Part shown: piece after piece, positions 51,331-62,930 of the stretch
Layout: each line of letters begins with the position of its first letter
Position numbering within the stretch: position 1 is the first letter of the stretch
Source: Glaucostegus cemiculus
Lineage: Eukaryota
DNA: 64,000 bases
Assembly (NCBI GenBank): GCA_976551045.1
Contig: CDPCPM010000149.1
Span: forward strand, 3,596,001 to 3,660,000
Reading direction: 5' to 3'
Translations under genes and position numbers: made by a program
The notes under the pieces: model-generated
Told to the model about the DNA's origin: nothing
What the model saw: only the letters and a program-made list of their open reading frames with translations
Database searches by the model: none

Positions 51331-51959
51331 CCTTCCCATCTTTGTGCACTGTGGAGTATTAGATCTCAGTCTAAATACTCCATCAGTCTTATTCACATCC
51401 AAATAGTTATTCAATTCTTTTGAAGGAGTTGATGGACAGACTTGTCCAATCTTTATATACCCATTACTCGGTCTGGAAATGTCTTCTAGCCTCCATCCTC
51501 ACCTGAGAATGGTTAATTTTAAGTCTGAGGCATTCAATTCTGATACATGGCTCTAAGTCAAATTGCCATCTTGATTATTCATTTAACAAAAAGCAACTCA
51601 GTTCTGTTGGTCTGCTCACTTAACAAAGGGCTTTATATCCTGCATGATGCTGTTTTTGATGAACCTGCTTTTGAAGTGTCAGTGTCCTATTATTGAAAGC
51701 AAAGTGAAAAACCTGGTGCTTGGATAATAATAGTTGGAATGTTTATACTAATACAACTTTCAATTTTGTGATTTAATTCTATTGAGAGAAGATTCTGCCA
51801 TTGACACAAGGTTTTCAAAAATGCTGCTTACAGTATAGTTACCAGGTTAAAACGATAAAGCTGCCATGACAAGAGAATGTAAGATGCAGTTGCTTTAGTT
51901 GCTAGCTTAAATTGAAGTATTACCCACTTAGCATAGCTACGAAGCAATGCCAATAACTC

Positions 51960-52200
51960 TACATTCATTTGCTCTTGGGATCTGAGTGACATTGACAAAA
52001 CTGTAATGAACGATCAGTCCATGTTACCCTAAGAGTAGACTTGATTAGGGTGTCAAATTTACTTTTCTGCAGGACATGAGTGAACCTTTTGGGGTATTTG
52101 TAAAAACAATTTAGCCCTTTTCATTGTCAGTTATCCATCCTTCAACTTCAACTTCTCAATTTTGGGTTGTTAGACCTACATCAAAATAAATAAGTTACTG
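51960..52200 (-). mobile_element. Very degraded SINE, probably the same family as 37105-37462
   Basis: Starts with the reverse complement of the tail (attcatttgctcttgggatctgagtgac) and has gtgaacc...gtaaaaacaat internal remnants. Confidence 0.35.
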
Positions 52201-52965
52201 TGTCCCTTAAACATATGTTAGGGTAAAGGTGACTCAGAATATAGCTGACGCAGCTACTTCTCTAAATATACTATTAATTAGCACATACTTGGGCCATGCA
52301 GTCATCTTGAGTTTTCCATTTCACTTTACAGGCCATTCTAATCTTTTGCCTATCTGCGCACTCTTCCCTCAGCATCCACACTATCCTGTCCCCTCCCCTT
52401 TTAAACCTTATTCACATTTCCATTTCTCCAGTACTTTTGTTCATTAGTAATAGCTGATCCAACCACTTATTGTTATACATTATATAAAGATGATGTTGAA
52501 AATAAGATCATATGAATCTTACCAAATTTTAACTTGAACCAGTTATGAGTCACTTAAAAATTGTGCTGAATCAAGGAAAGTTTATTTTCTTATAAGATTT
52601 TTATGCAATTCTTATGTGAACTGAGGCTGAAATTGGCAGTTGTATCTTAACATCATATTTGTTTTTATCATTTTAATTTACACACTTATTAAATTATTCT
52701 CTTTTATATTTAATCATATGCTGATAAAGAAGTAAATATGTTTAAATCCAGTGCAAGGGAAACAATATAAACATTTATCTGGGATTGAAATGGGTTTTAT
52801 TAAGAAAATGGGGAGGTTGCTGGTTAAAGAGTTCAGGGACAATACTAAAGAATTAAGGGAGTATGGATGTGCTGGAATGGATAACTGGATTTTTTTGACT
52901 GAAAACTATTATCTTGACTCTTCAACGTAAGAGGAAATCTGAATCTGTGCTACAAGTGCTTAGCA

Positions 52966-53056
52966 TTGCGGGCTGCCCCCCAAATCATTACGCAGAAGAT
53001 GTATTTCACTGTGTGTTTTGATGTACACGTGACTAATAAAGAGATCTTATCTTATC
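52966..53056 (+). mobile_element. 5'-truncated copy (tail only) of the SINE at 45801
   Basis: gatgtatttcactgtgtgttttgatgtacacgtgactaataaagagatcttatcttatc is nearly identical to 46047-46103. Confidence 0.85.
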
Positions 53057-53399
53057 ATTACCTGTTGAGAATGCACGCTGGACATTCTAATGACACCTGG
53101 ATTTCTGATATGACAGCTATTTTAGGAACTTTTTCAGGCTTAACGTGGAATCTTTAGAGATTGTGAAAATTATTGATCTTCAGAAAATTCAGAGAAATCT
53201 CCAGGACATATCTGAGTTCAATAGAACCGAATTATGGAAGTTGGGTACATTATGCAACCATGAGTACATTGCATGTGTAGCATTACCAAAGGAAGGCAAA
53301 ATTTCAGGCATGTACATGAGGTGACAGTGTTGCTGAACAGGAAAACATTGAATCTGTTCAAAGATGGCAGACAATCGCTGTGGTCTGTGTAATGAACAT

Positions 53400-53870
53400 A
53401 TTTCCACATAAAGCCATGTGAAGGGAAATTCCAGGAATTTGATGCATCACAATTTGTTGATGGTACACAATGCAGCTTGTTGAGGTAACAGTGGAGGTGA
53501 GATTCTTCTAAGGTTATGTATAGGGCGCTAATTAAAAGCACTGCTTTCTCAAGCTTCTTAAGTGTTGTTGGAGGTGTGTTCATCCAGAAAAGAGACTGGC
53601 CCATCACAATCCTCCTAACAATAGTCCACATCTGGTGGGTCTATCCTGCTGGTAGGAGGGAACATACTGATGGATTATGATAGAAAAATCAGGGGCTTTG
53701 TTTATGAGGTGTAATCCCATGACTTTAAATATGTCAGGTTATTGCTTGACTAGTGTGTGGGTAGCCTTCCAAATTTGGCACAAGTCTCTGGATGTTAGGG
53801 AGGTTGTCTTTGCAGTTTTTATTGGGGTGGTGTGTCTTTTTAGAACTTGATGATGCTTAGCAGTCTGCAG
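53400..53870 (-). mobile_element. Internally deleted LINE remnant (endonuclease start juxtaposed to RT C-terminus)
   Basis: Minus strand LPNIQRLVPNLEGYPHTSQA / ...LVKQ (APE N-terminus-like, frameshifted) lies within ~200 bp of WMNTPPTTLKKLEKAVLLI (post-RT PTTLKKLDTIQDKAARLI-like). Confidence 0.5.
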
Positions 53871-53875
53871 GAAAA

Positions 53876-53931
53876 ATAAGATATCTTTATTAGTCACATG
53901 TACATCGAAACACACAGTGAAATACATCTTT
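53876..53931 (-). mobile_element. Tail-only copy of the same SINE, inverted relative to 52966-53056
   Basis: taagatatctttattagtcacatgtacatcgaaacacacagtgaaatacatcttt is the reverse complement of the SINE tail. Confidence 0.85.
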
Positions 53932-53989
53932 ATCCCCTTGGAAGTAGTTACCACAACGTGGTAGAATTTCAGAGCACGGGTGCCCCAAG

Positions 53990-55300
53990 TCCTAAACAAG
54001 TGTCTCCAACTTAAATATGGGTAATTACACCAGGAGGAAGGTGGAGTTGTCTAGAGCGGACTGGGTAAATAAGCTAACGGACAGGCCTGTAGATGAGCAG
54101 GTGGTGCTATTTAAACAGCTAGTTCATAAAGCTTAACAAAAATTTATCCCAAACAGAAAGAAGAATTCCATGAGAAAGAGGAACCATCTATATTTAGCAA
54201 AAGAGGTCAGGGACAATGTTAGGTTGAAAACTAGGGCCTACAAAGTAGCAAGGGCTAGTGGTGGACAAGAGGAGTGGAAGTTCTTCCAGCAGTGAAAGAC
54301 TACAAAATTAATAAGAAAGGAGGCAACTTATTTTAAGAGAAATCTTGGATGTAAGATCAAAAAGAACAGTAAAAGTTTCCATCGATATATAAAAAAGGAA
54401 GAGTGTGGCTAGAGTAAGTGTGGGACCTCTTACTGGCTGGATCTGGCTCCATTTACTGGTGCCCTGATGAACTGGTGCCTGCTGAAGGTCGGATATATTC
54501 ACGATAGAGGTAGTGCAGTGAAGATTTAGCAGTTAGATTCCTGTGATGGAGGGAATTGTTTTATGAGGAGAGATTAAAGAGATTGAGCCCATGCTCTCTA
54601 GAGTCTAGAAGAATGGGAGGTGATCTCATTGAAACATACAAAACTCTTATGGGGTTTGACAGAGTGGATGAGGGTTGATTGTTGCACTGGTTAGCGTGTC
54701 TAGAATCAGGGATAACAGTCTTAAAGTAAAGGATCTGCAATTCAGGACGGAGATGAGAAAACGTTTATTCACCCAGAAGGAAGTGAATCTTTGGAATTTC
54801 TTTTATCTAAGAGTGTTGTGGAAGCTCGGTCATTGGGTATATTCAAGGCAGAGTTTGATAGATGTTTTTATATTAGAAGAACTAATGAAGTCAAAGTCAA
54901 GGTTATTGTCATATGCACAAGTGCATGTGTGCACAGCTGCAATGAAAAACTTACTTGCAGCAGCATCACAGGCACATAGCATCATATAAGCAGTATTCAC
55001 AAGAAAAACATAAATTAAACATAAATTATACACAATTTTTACAAGAAAGAACATAATTAGAACAAAACAAAACAAAGTCCATTTTAGTGCCATGTGGTCA
55101 TCGTGTTGCTAAACTGTAGTGATTAGGGTTTTGTTGGTTAGTTCAAGAAGCAAATGGTTGAAGGGAAGTAGCTGTTCTTCAACCTGCTGGGGTTGATATA
55201 GGAAAGTGGTGCTGAGGTAAAAGGTCAGCAATGAACTTATCTAATGGCAGAGCACATGTGAAGGACTAAATGGCTTACATCTGCTTTTATTTCTTACATT
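53990..55300 (+). mobile_element. CR1 LINE remnant with large internal deletions, interrupted at 54888-55188
   Basis: CR1-like ORF remnants (RRMGGDLIETYKTL, FRTEMRKRLFTQKEVNLWN, FKAEFDR) and a CR1 3' UTR resuming at ~55190 (gctgaggtaaaaggtcagcaatga...tttatttcttac). Confidence 0.75.
54888..55188 (-). mobile_element. Rex1-type 3' end nested in CR1
   Basis: Begins with the tail repeat aagtcaaagtcaaggttattg; ends gttcaagaagcaaatggttgaagggaagtagctgttcttcaacctg (reverse complement encodes RLKNSYFPSTICFLN). Confidence 0.8.
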
Positions 55301-56579
55301 CTCATATTCTTATGCTGCACTGGAGATCTTGGTTTAATAGTGGAGATGATGAAAGACATTCTGCTGCTGTAGGGAGTGAGGAATTCCAAAGAACACACAC
55401 TCAGAAGGCTGTGGACAGTCTTGCCCAGTGAAGCGTGAATTGGTCACTCAATCTGTGTTCCACTTTGGCTAAAATTGGAACTGACTGGGTTGTAGGAAGG
55501 TTGGGTTGTACCTTCAAAATGTGTACAAAAATTCTGATTCCCACATGACCAAACCCATCGCTTATATCTGTCCATCTTTGCTATTCATTTGTTGTGTGCC
55601 AATTCCCCAAGTTGGGAGCTCTGTTGCTTTGTAATAAGTAAAACTTCTTTCAGTGGGATGGGTTGGGGGGAGGGGTTAAATTGCAAATTTATTCCAAAGC
55701 AGATCAAAGTTTTGTAAGCTATTTTTATGAATATCTAAAAGTATAATTAAGCTGTTTGGTATTTTTTCAAATAAAGAAACCATATAGTAGGATCTGTTCC
55801 TGATGGTTAAGTGTGTCCAAATTTTGGTGCTTCTCATTATTTCTAACGAATCAATGGATGTGGCACTAATGGATTTAAACTGAGCCTTTATGTTTCCAGT
55901 CTACAGTGAGGCTTTCACACTGAAACATATAAAGAATCATCTCAGCTTCAAAAATATATCACAAATGGTTATCACTGCCTTTGTAGTACTTTATTTATTG
56001 TGTGTATTTACACTAAAAGAAATCCTTGTGATTTGGTTTTCCTTTCAGCATGCAAGGTTTTTTTGAGGTAACGGTAATCACAGAACATGACAGCAATACT
56101 AAAATAAGACCATCACCCTTTGTAAAGCATTTCCTAGCAACCAGTAAGTGCAGTTAGCTCAGCTAATGTACAACATCCTTTTTATGTAAAATCTCCTTTC
56201 AACAATGAAGGGTGCTTAGTAACTATCGTTTTGAGTTCACTATCTTTGCTTTCATCTTTGATAGCTAGTTGTAAGTTTTGGAAGTGTTAACACAGCAAGG
56301 ATAAAAATGCTGTCTCTCTTTGTTTACTCTGGTAAAGGGAATACAATGGCCCTGATATTTACTCGAGTTACTTGTGGGGGGCGGGGGGAATGGGTGGGGG
56401 GGAAGCCTGAGAGTGGTAGGAGGCACACAGGGGGTAGGAGCTGGGTGACAGCAAGGACGCCAGTGGCCAGAAAGCCCAAAGAGACTGAGAACATGGAGGT
56501 CCTGCAGAATTTAATGGCAGGACTTCACGAGAATACTTTTACCCATTTTCTGCCCAACAGATTACTAGATTGAGAGGTG

Positions 56580-57480
56580 TAAGAAATAAGAAACTGGAGC
56601 AGCAGATGATCACCAGGCCCTTCAAACCTGCTTCACCGTTCATCAAGATCATGGCTGATCTTTATTAACAGTACCGATTTCCTGCACACTCCCTTAATTC
56701 CCTTAAGGCTGAGAAAGCTATTGATCTCTGTTTTGAATAAACTCAGCTTCTGCAGCCCTCTGGAGTAGAGAATTCCAAAGATTCACCACTTTCTTTGTGA
56801 AGAAGACTCTCATCACCTCAATTGTAAATGGCCTGTTCCTTATCCTGGGCCAGTTACCCCGGGTCCTAGACTCCTCCACTAGGGGAAATATCCTTCCTGT
56901 ATCTAGCCTGTTGAGCCTTGTAAGGTTTGTAAGTTTTGATGAAATCTCTCCTTATACAGCAAAACTGCCATTGGGGGAACCTGTCTAGTGAACCTTCACT
57001 ACATTCCTTTTCTGCAGGTACATCCTTTCTTAGGTAAGGAGACTAAAACTGCACAATTCTCCAGGAGTCATCTCACCAATGCCCTCTTGAATTGTACAAG
57101 ATTTTCCAATTCTTGTTTTCATATGCTCTTGTACTAAGGCTACCATAACCTATGCCTTCTTATTTGCTTGTTTCACCTGGCTAAATGCACACTTGGGGCC
57201 CTTTGAACATCAATACTACCTAACCTCAGACACATTTAGAAATTACTCTGCTTTTCTGTTTTGTGCTCCAAAGTGGATGAATTCATATTTTTTTCACATT
57301 ATATTCCATCTGCCATATCCTCATGTAATTTACCTATATCTCCTTGAAGCTTCTTTACATCCGCCTGTATAGTCATCTAGCTTAATATCATCAGCAAACT
57401 TGGAAATATGACTTTTGGTCACCTCTACCAAATCATTTGCATAGATTGCAAACAGCTGGGGTCCAAATACCAATCTGAGT
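56580..57480 (-). mobile_element. CR1 LINE 3' fragment
   Basis: Tail aagaaataagaaactggagcag...catcaagatcatggctgatc; RT motif (tcatcagcaaacttggaaat = ISKFADD on the minus strand). Confidence 0.8.
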
Positions 57481-57485
57481 GATAC

Positions 57486-57739
57486 GTTTTCTTTTAAATT
57501 TTATTTACAGCGTGGTAACAGGCCCTTTTGGCCCAACAAGTCCACGCCGCCCATTTTAAACCCCCAAATTAACCTACCCGTACGTCTTTTTAGAATGTGG
57601 GAGGAAACCGGAGCACCCGGAGGAAACCCACGCAGACATGGGAGAATGTACAAACTCCTTACAGTCAGTGACGGGAATCGAACCCCGATGGTTGGCACTG
57701 TAACAGCGTCGCGCTAACCGCTATGCTATCATGCCGCCC
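57486..57739 (-). mobile_element. Young V-domain tRNA-SINE with a CR1-type tail
   Basis: Reverse complement has B box GGTTCGATTCC, V-domain GCGTGGGTTTCCTCCGGGTGCTCCGGTTTCCTCCCACA and tail gggccaaaagggcctgttaccacgctgtaaataaa; CpGs are retained. Confidence 0.88.
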
Positions 57740-57787
57740 TCTGGCACTAATCAAAGCCTGACACTGTAAGAAGGATCCCAACCCTGA

Positions 57788-58122
57788 GCATTTCTGGGCG
57801 TCAACATCTCAGAGGATCTATCCTGGGCCCAACATATTGATGCAATCATGAAGAAGGCACGCCAGCTGCTCTACTTCATTAGGAGTTTGAAGAGATTCAG
57901 TATGTCACCAAAGACTCTTATAAACTTCTATAGATGTATGGTGGAGAGCATTCTGACTGGTTGCATCACAGCCTGGTATGGAGGCTCCAATGCACAGGAT
58001 CACAAGAGGCTGCAGAGGGTTGTAGACTTGGCCAGCTCCATCATTGAGGACACCTTTGAGAAGTGGTGCCTCAAAAAGGTGGCATCCGTCACTAAAGACC
58101 CTCACTGTCCGAGACATGCCGT
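57788..58122 (+). mobile_element. Rex1/Babar LINE ORF fragment
   Basis: FLGVNISEDLSWAQHIDAIMKKARQLLYFIRSLKRFSMSPKTLINFYRCMVESILTGCITAWYG...KRLQRVV...KDPHCPRH. Confidence 0.88.
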
Positions 58123-58239
58123 CTTAGAACATTAGAGATAGGAGCAGAAGGAGGCCATCTGCCCCTTCTGAGTCTTCTCCTTTTTATGTGCCTATAGCAA
58201 AGGGAAAAGCATCAGGTACATTGCACTACATTTTAGAAT

Positions 58240-58700
58240 AATGGTCAGAGTGCCATGCAGAGGGAAAACCACTGGGAGTTTGGGGGTAGATTCTGGAGAG
58301 GTTGGTACTTGAGAGTACATCATTGGGGTAAGTGATCTGTGAAAATATGGAGAAGGAGGGAGTGATTGTAGGGATGGGGAATCTGGAAGGATGTTGGAAG
58401 GAGGGGAATCTCTGGGTTGTTAGGGATCCAGGAGACTGCAGTGAGTAAGAGAATGTGGAGATCACCAAAGATCACCAAACTGGAATGTGGCATTAATGGG
58501 TTCTGGCAATCACAGGGAAAAGACAGTTCATAGTATGTTTGTTTGAGAGGCCAGGGGAAGGCCCACAAACATTGCTTGAAAAGCCTGCTGGATCTAGAAA
58601 TTCCACATCTTTTCACTTGCTGGATTTCCTGAATCAGTGAAACTCCACCTGTAGTCCTTAAGTCCAAACTGCAAATAAAACCTAGGGCATAGTATCCCAC
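58240..58700 (-). mobile_element. Possible old L2 endonuclease-region remnant
   Basis: LVIFGDLHI resembles the APE motif ILGDFN; heavily decayed. Confidence 0.3.
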
Positions 58701-59524
58701 TTAAATGCCACAAATATTGACCAGCCTCCCAGGTGTGGGTTTCTCCACTGAAGAAAAACCTGCACAGGCTAAATTGTAGCCATGTGTGCCAGTTTTTGCC
58801 TTGTATAAAGGAAGGCGCCCAACTGGACAGCAAGTGTTAGTTAAAAGATGCACCATTCAATGTGTATGGGATCAAATATTGCTCAAGTAGAGTTTATCAG
58901 GTATGGTCAATGAGAAAAAATGGAATTACCAGTTAAAAATGAAGTACATGATGCACAATTTATTCTGTGGACAGGATATAGACAGCTCTCAGCTCAATTT
59001 GTAGCTTAGCAAAATGGATATGCTGCTACATGAAGGAAGTGTGTAGAAGGTTATTACCTTTGGTAGGTCAGTGTACATGCCCCAGAATACAGCACTGTAT
59101 AATTCTTGTCAGCAAACGATGAACAGGCTCAATTATAATTTCAAGACCTTGAACCAGGTGCATTAAGTGATAGCACACTTTCAGAAGTCTGACAAGGTAG
59201 AAAACCCTGGAGCACTATGTATTGATTGGAAGCTTCAAGACTGCATGCCACAAAGTGTTGCCTGTGAACATAACTTACAGTAACTGCCTTCTCATACCAA
59301 GCCCTCACACAAACTGACTGTACTTTCATTCCCATGTATTCCCACATCATAGTAGGACAGGCATTGAAAATAAATATTATATAAACACTGTACATTCAGA
59401 TTTTCCAAAAACATCACACCTAAAGTTATTCAAACACAACTTGGCCACATGATTTGTCATCATTTAGTAAGACTAAGCTTGGTTGCAAAATGTGCACTTG
59501 TCAACTACAGTACGTGCGCTCCTT

Positions 59525-59668
59525 CTAATTTTGGATTTTTAGATGTTAAGGGATAAGGGGCTAGTGTAGGAAAGTGGCACTGAGGTAAAAGATCAGCCAT
59601 GACCTTACTGAATGAAAGAGCGGGCATAAAGAGCCAAAAGACCTACATATGCTTCTGTTTCTTAAGTT
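59525..59668 (+). mobile_element. CR1 3' UTR fragment
   Basis: ggaaagtggcactgaggtaaaagatcagccatgaccttactgaatg...tgcttctgtttctta, similar to 55200-55295 in this window. Confidence 0.75.
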
Positions 59669-60449
59669 TCAACATCTAAAAGACAACAGTTGAGTTTGTA
59701 TGCCACATCAGAGATTCAATTCCAAGTGCAGGAGGGCTACCTTAATGAACCATCTTGATGAAAAATATACATTGTTCACAATGTGTCCAGTAGCTTTACT
59801 GCTTAGTGTGGATCTACCTATTTGGGTAACAGTAGGCTCTGCAGCCTGCCTCAGGTGCACACAGCGCTTTGTCTGATTACTTCTGTGCAACTCTTTCTCA
59901 GAGGGCAGAGTCAGAGGGCAACTGTCTTTCCACAAAGAAAATGTTTTGAGGCATCGAAGGGCAGATAACATTATTTTTAAATTCCTTGAAACACCGTTAT
60001 TTAGAAACAAAGCAAATAAAAAAAATCCAAAAGATGGAGAAGATTACATAAATGCACAGAACAAAGATAGAAATGTGACGTGAAATTGCTAAAAATTACA
60101 TTTAGATAAAAATAATCTTGAACAAGTGTGGTAAAGATTTAAGCAAAAGTAAATTCCAAGGCCATGAGGGGCCATCCATTGTGTCTTTCATTTGAAGAGC
60201 ACCTCGCTTCATTTCCCAGGAAAATCTCAGTAATGCAAAAGCCAAGGATATTTATTTAATTTTTGATGGCTTAGGTAAGCTTTGCAACTTATTAGCTGGA
60301 CTATATTCTCCTGGTGTAGGAAAGGCTAAGGTCCAACACTTAGAATATTCTACTCTACTGCTCTTAAAATTTGCTCGATAACAAGATGATGTAGCTGTAG
60401 AAACACAGGCACAGAAATGAGCCACTTAGTTCCTAAAGTGTATTCCACC

Positions 60450-61520
60450 AGCCAATGAGATCGTGGATGAAGTTCATAAACCTGCCTTTTATTCCATATC
60501 CCTGAAACCTTTGGAAAACAAAACATCTCAGAATAACTTGATTTAAGCATCATGCAAAAGATATTCTAAACTTCTCCCACCCCATGCATGCCTGAAAGGT
60601 CTGGTCTTCACCTGTAGACTACGTACCCTAGTTTTACATTCCTCAATCAGAAGAAATGATTTCTCTCTAGCTAGCCTATCAGCTCCCATAACATCTTGAA
60701 AATTTTAATCAAATTATCCCCAAGACTTTTAAGTTCCCTGTCAAGCCCTTCTCAGGATATATAGTAAAATAAGTTCCAGGAAATATAGCTTGTGGAATTT
60801 AAATTTAACATTTGAAGTCCAGCTATCATTCTATGCTGCAGTTTCTCCAAGGCCAATTGATCTATCTTAAGAAATGGTGATGGAATTGCCCAGAGGATTC
60901 CAAAAGTGATATACATCAAGCATTTTTTTTTACTAACTATAGCACAATTGTCCTCCAATCCTCTAGAAATGAATTCCATTTGTTTTTGTTGTGATTATTT
61001 TCTGCCCTTTATATTTCAATATGCATAGAGTCTTTTTGGTTCTCTCCTGCTACCAACTTTTCATTATTTACGAAGTACCTATTTAAGATAGTTTCTCTTT
61101 TCAAAGTTGCTGCCTTACCTGCTGAGTAATTCCAGTATCTCCTGCTCCTTTTTTAACATAGAAGACTGGTACTTAGAAATTAAGGCAGGATAAATAATAA
61201 TGGCAAATACAGAAATGACAAAGATATTAATCAGATATCTTGTTTCTGACTTTATGGTAGGAAACACAAAAACATCCCAAAAAAGAAGGTAAAATGGGCA
61301 AAACAGTGTGAGAACTTAAACAATTAATATCACTACATCAAAAGTACTTGGTAAACTACTGTGACCTTGGGTTTACAATCCCCTAGATCTGATGCCATCT
61401 GCGTTAAGATTATAAAAGTGCAGAGATTTATTGATGAGTTTATTGACAATATTTCCAAAATTCCCTAGATTCTTAAAAATTCCAGCATTATGAAAACAGC
61501 AAACGTAACATGTCGATTGT
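60450..61520. mobile_element. Cluster of decayed CR1 pieces (minus ~60450-61070; plus ~61150-61520) with a short Penelope-type tail at ~61105-61145
   Basis: QLALEKLQHRMIAGL (minus) and SPRSDAI...IFQNSLDS...KTANVT (plus) remnants; gctgccttacctgctgagtaattccag. Confidence 0.55.
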
Positions 61521-61619
61521 AGAAAGAACAAATTCAACCTTGTGCTCCTGATGAGGATTCTGCGTCATTTGTATTTTGGATGACGTCATTCTCTGCATCA
61601 GGCTACTTCTGAAACAATC

Positions 61620-62930
61620 CATAGGAACACAAAAAAGAGGTAGTAGTAAACTATACAGCCTTTTGAACCTGCTCAGTTACTTAATTAGAACATTGATCTT
61701 CGCCTCAGTTTAACTTTTCCTGCCTTGTCTCCCTTAAAGTCAAAAAATAATTCTCAGTTTTGATTGTATTTAATGACGCTACAGCTCTCTGAGATAGAAA
61801 ATTTCAAAGACTCACAATTGTCTGAGGGAATAATTCTTCTATAATTCTGTCTTAAATTGGTGACCATTTATTCTGAGACTTTGTACCTAGTTCAAGGTTC
61901 TGTAACTGAGGACACATCCTCTCAGCATTTACCCTGTCAAGCCCTTCTCAGGACTTATAGTTCCATAAGGTTACCTCCTATTGTTTCACTCTACAAAGAC
62001 AATCATTTCATACCTGGAATCAATCTTGTAAACCTTCTCTGAACTGCTACCAAAGCAAGTAGATAATTTGTTTTAAAAAAGGACATCAAAACTTTGCATG
62101 GTACCCCAAGTATGGTCTCACTTGAATTTTATGCACTTTAGCTAGAGCTTAATACTTTTGTACTCCATTCTCCTTGCAATGAAGGCCAAAATTACATTTG
62201 CTTTCTAACTACTTGCTGTGCCTGCGTGTTCATTTTCTCTATTTCTTGTATGAGGACATCCTGATCTCTCCAAATTCAGTAATCACACACCATTAAAATA
62301 ATAATTTGCTTTTCTATTCTTCCTACCAAAATGGATAACCTCACATCTCTCCAAATTATACTCCTTCTGCCATAGATTTTACCCAATACTTAACTCAGTT
62401 TACCTTTCTGTTTGTCTTCACAACTTACTTTCCCATCTATTGAGGGAAATGAACAGTCGACTGTTTATTTCCCTCCACAGATGCTGCCTGACCTGTTGAG
62501 TTCCTCCAGCGTTGTGTGTGTGTGTTGTTCCAGATTTCCAGCAACTGCAGTTTTTCTTGTGTCTTACTTTCCCATCTATCTTTGTATTGTCAGAAAAGTG
62601 AAATAATATACCTGCAGCCATGCCTCAGTCTAAATTATAAATAACCATTGCCTGCCCCAGCACTGAGCTCCGTATCACCCTCCACATGACGGTTGGTCAA
62701 CTTGTTATCAACCCATTTATCCTTACTTTTTGCATTACGTCAGTTAACCAATCCATTCTTCACACTAATACGTCACCCTCAATACCATGAGCTGTACCTT
62801 GTGCAGTAACTTTCCACATGGCTCCTTGCTTAATCCTACTTTTAAATCTGAACGCATTACATCCATTGGTTCCCCATTGCCCACTGTGCTAGTTGCATGA
62901 AGTTCTGCATTTATCAAACATCTTGTCTAC
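61620..62930 (-). mobile_element. Decayed CR1 LINE 3' portion
   Basis: Tail ataggaacac...; remnants GILFHFSDNTKIDGKV (FADDTKIGG) and WLTDVMQKVRINGL on the minus strand. Confidence 0.7.
62441..62562 (+). mobile_element. 122-bp Penelope-type terminal fragment with 17-bp target-site duplication
   Basis: gtcgactgtttatttccctccacagatgctgcctgacctgttgagttcctccagc... flanked by CTTACTTTCCCATCTAT at 62424-62440 and 62563-62579. Family assignment is from memory. Confidence 0.75.

Noticed and set aside
61547-61616. Hammerhead ribozyme (CTGATGA...GAAAC)
   Set aside because: CCTGATG pairs with CATCAGG in an imperfect hairpin, and I could not build stems I-III around the core.
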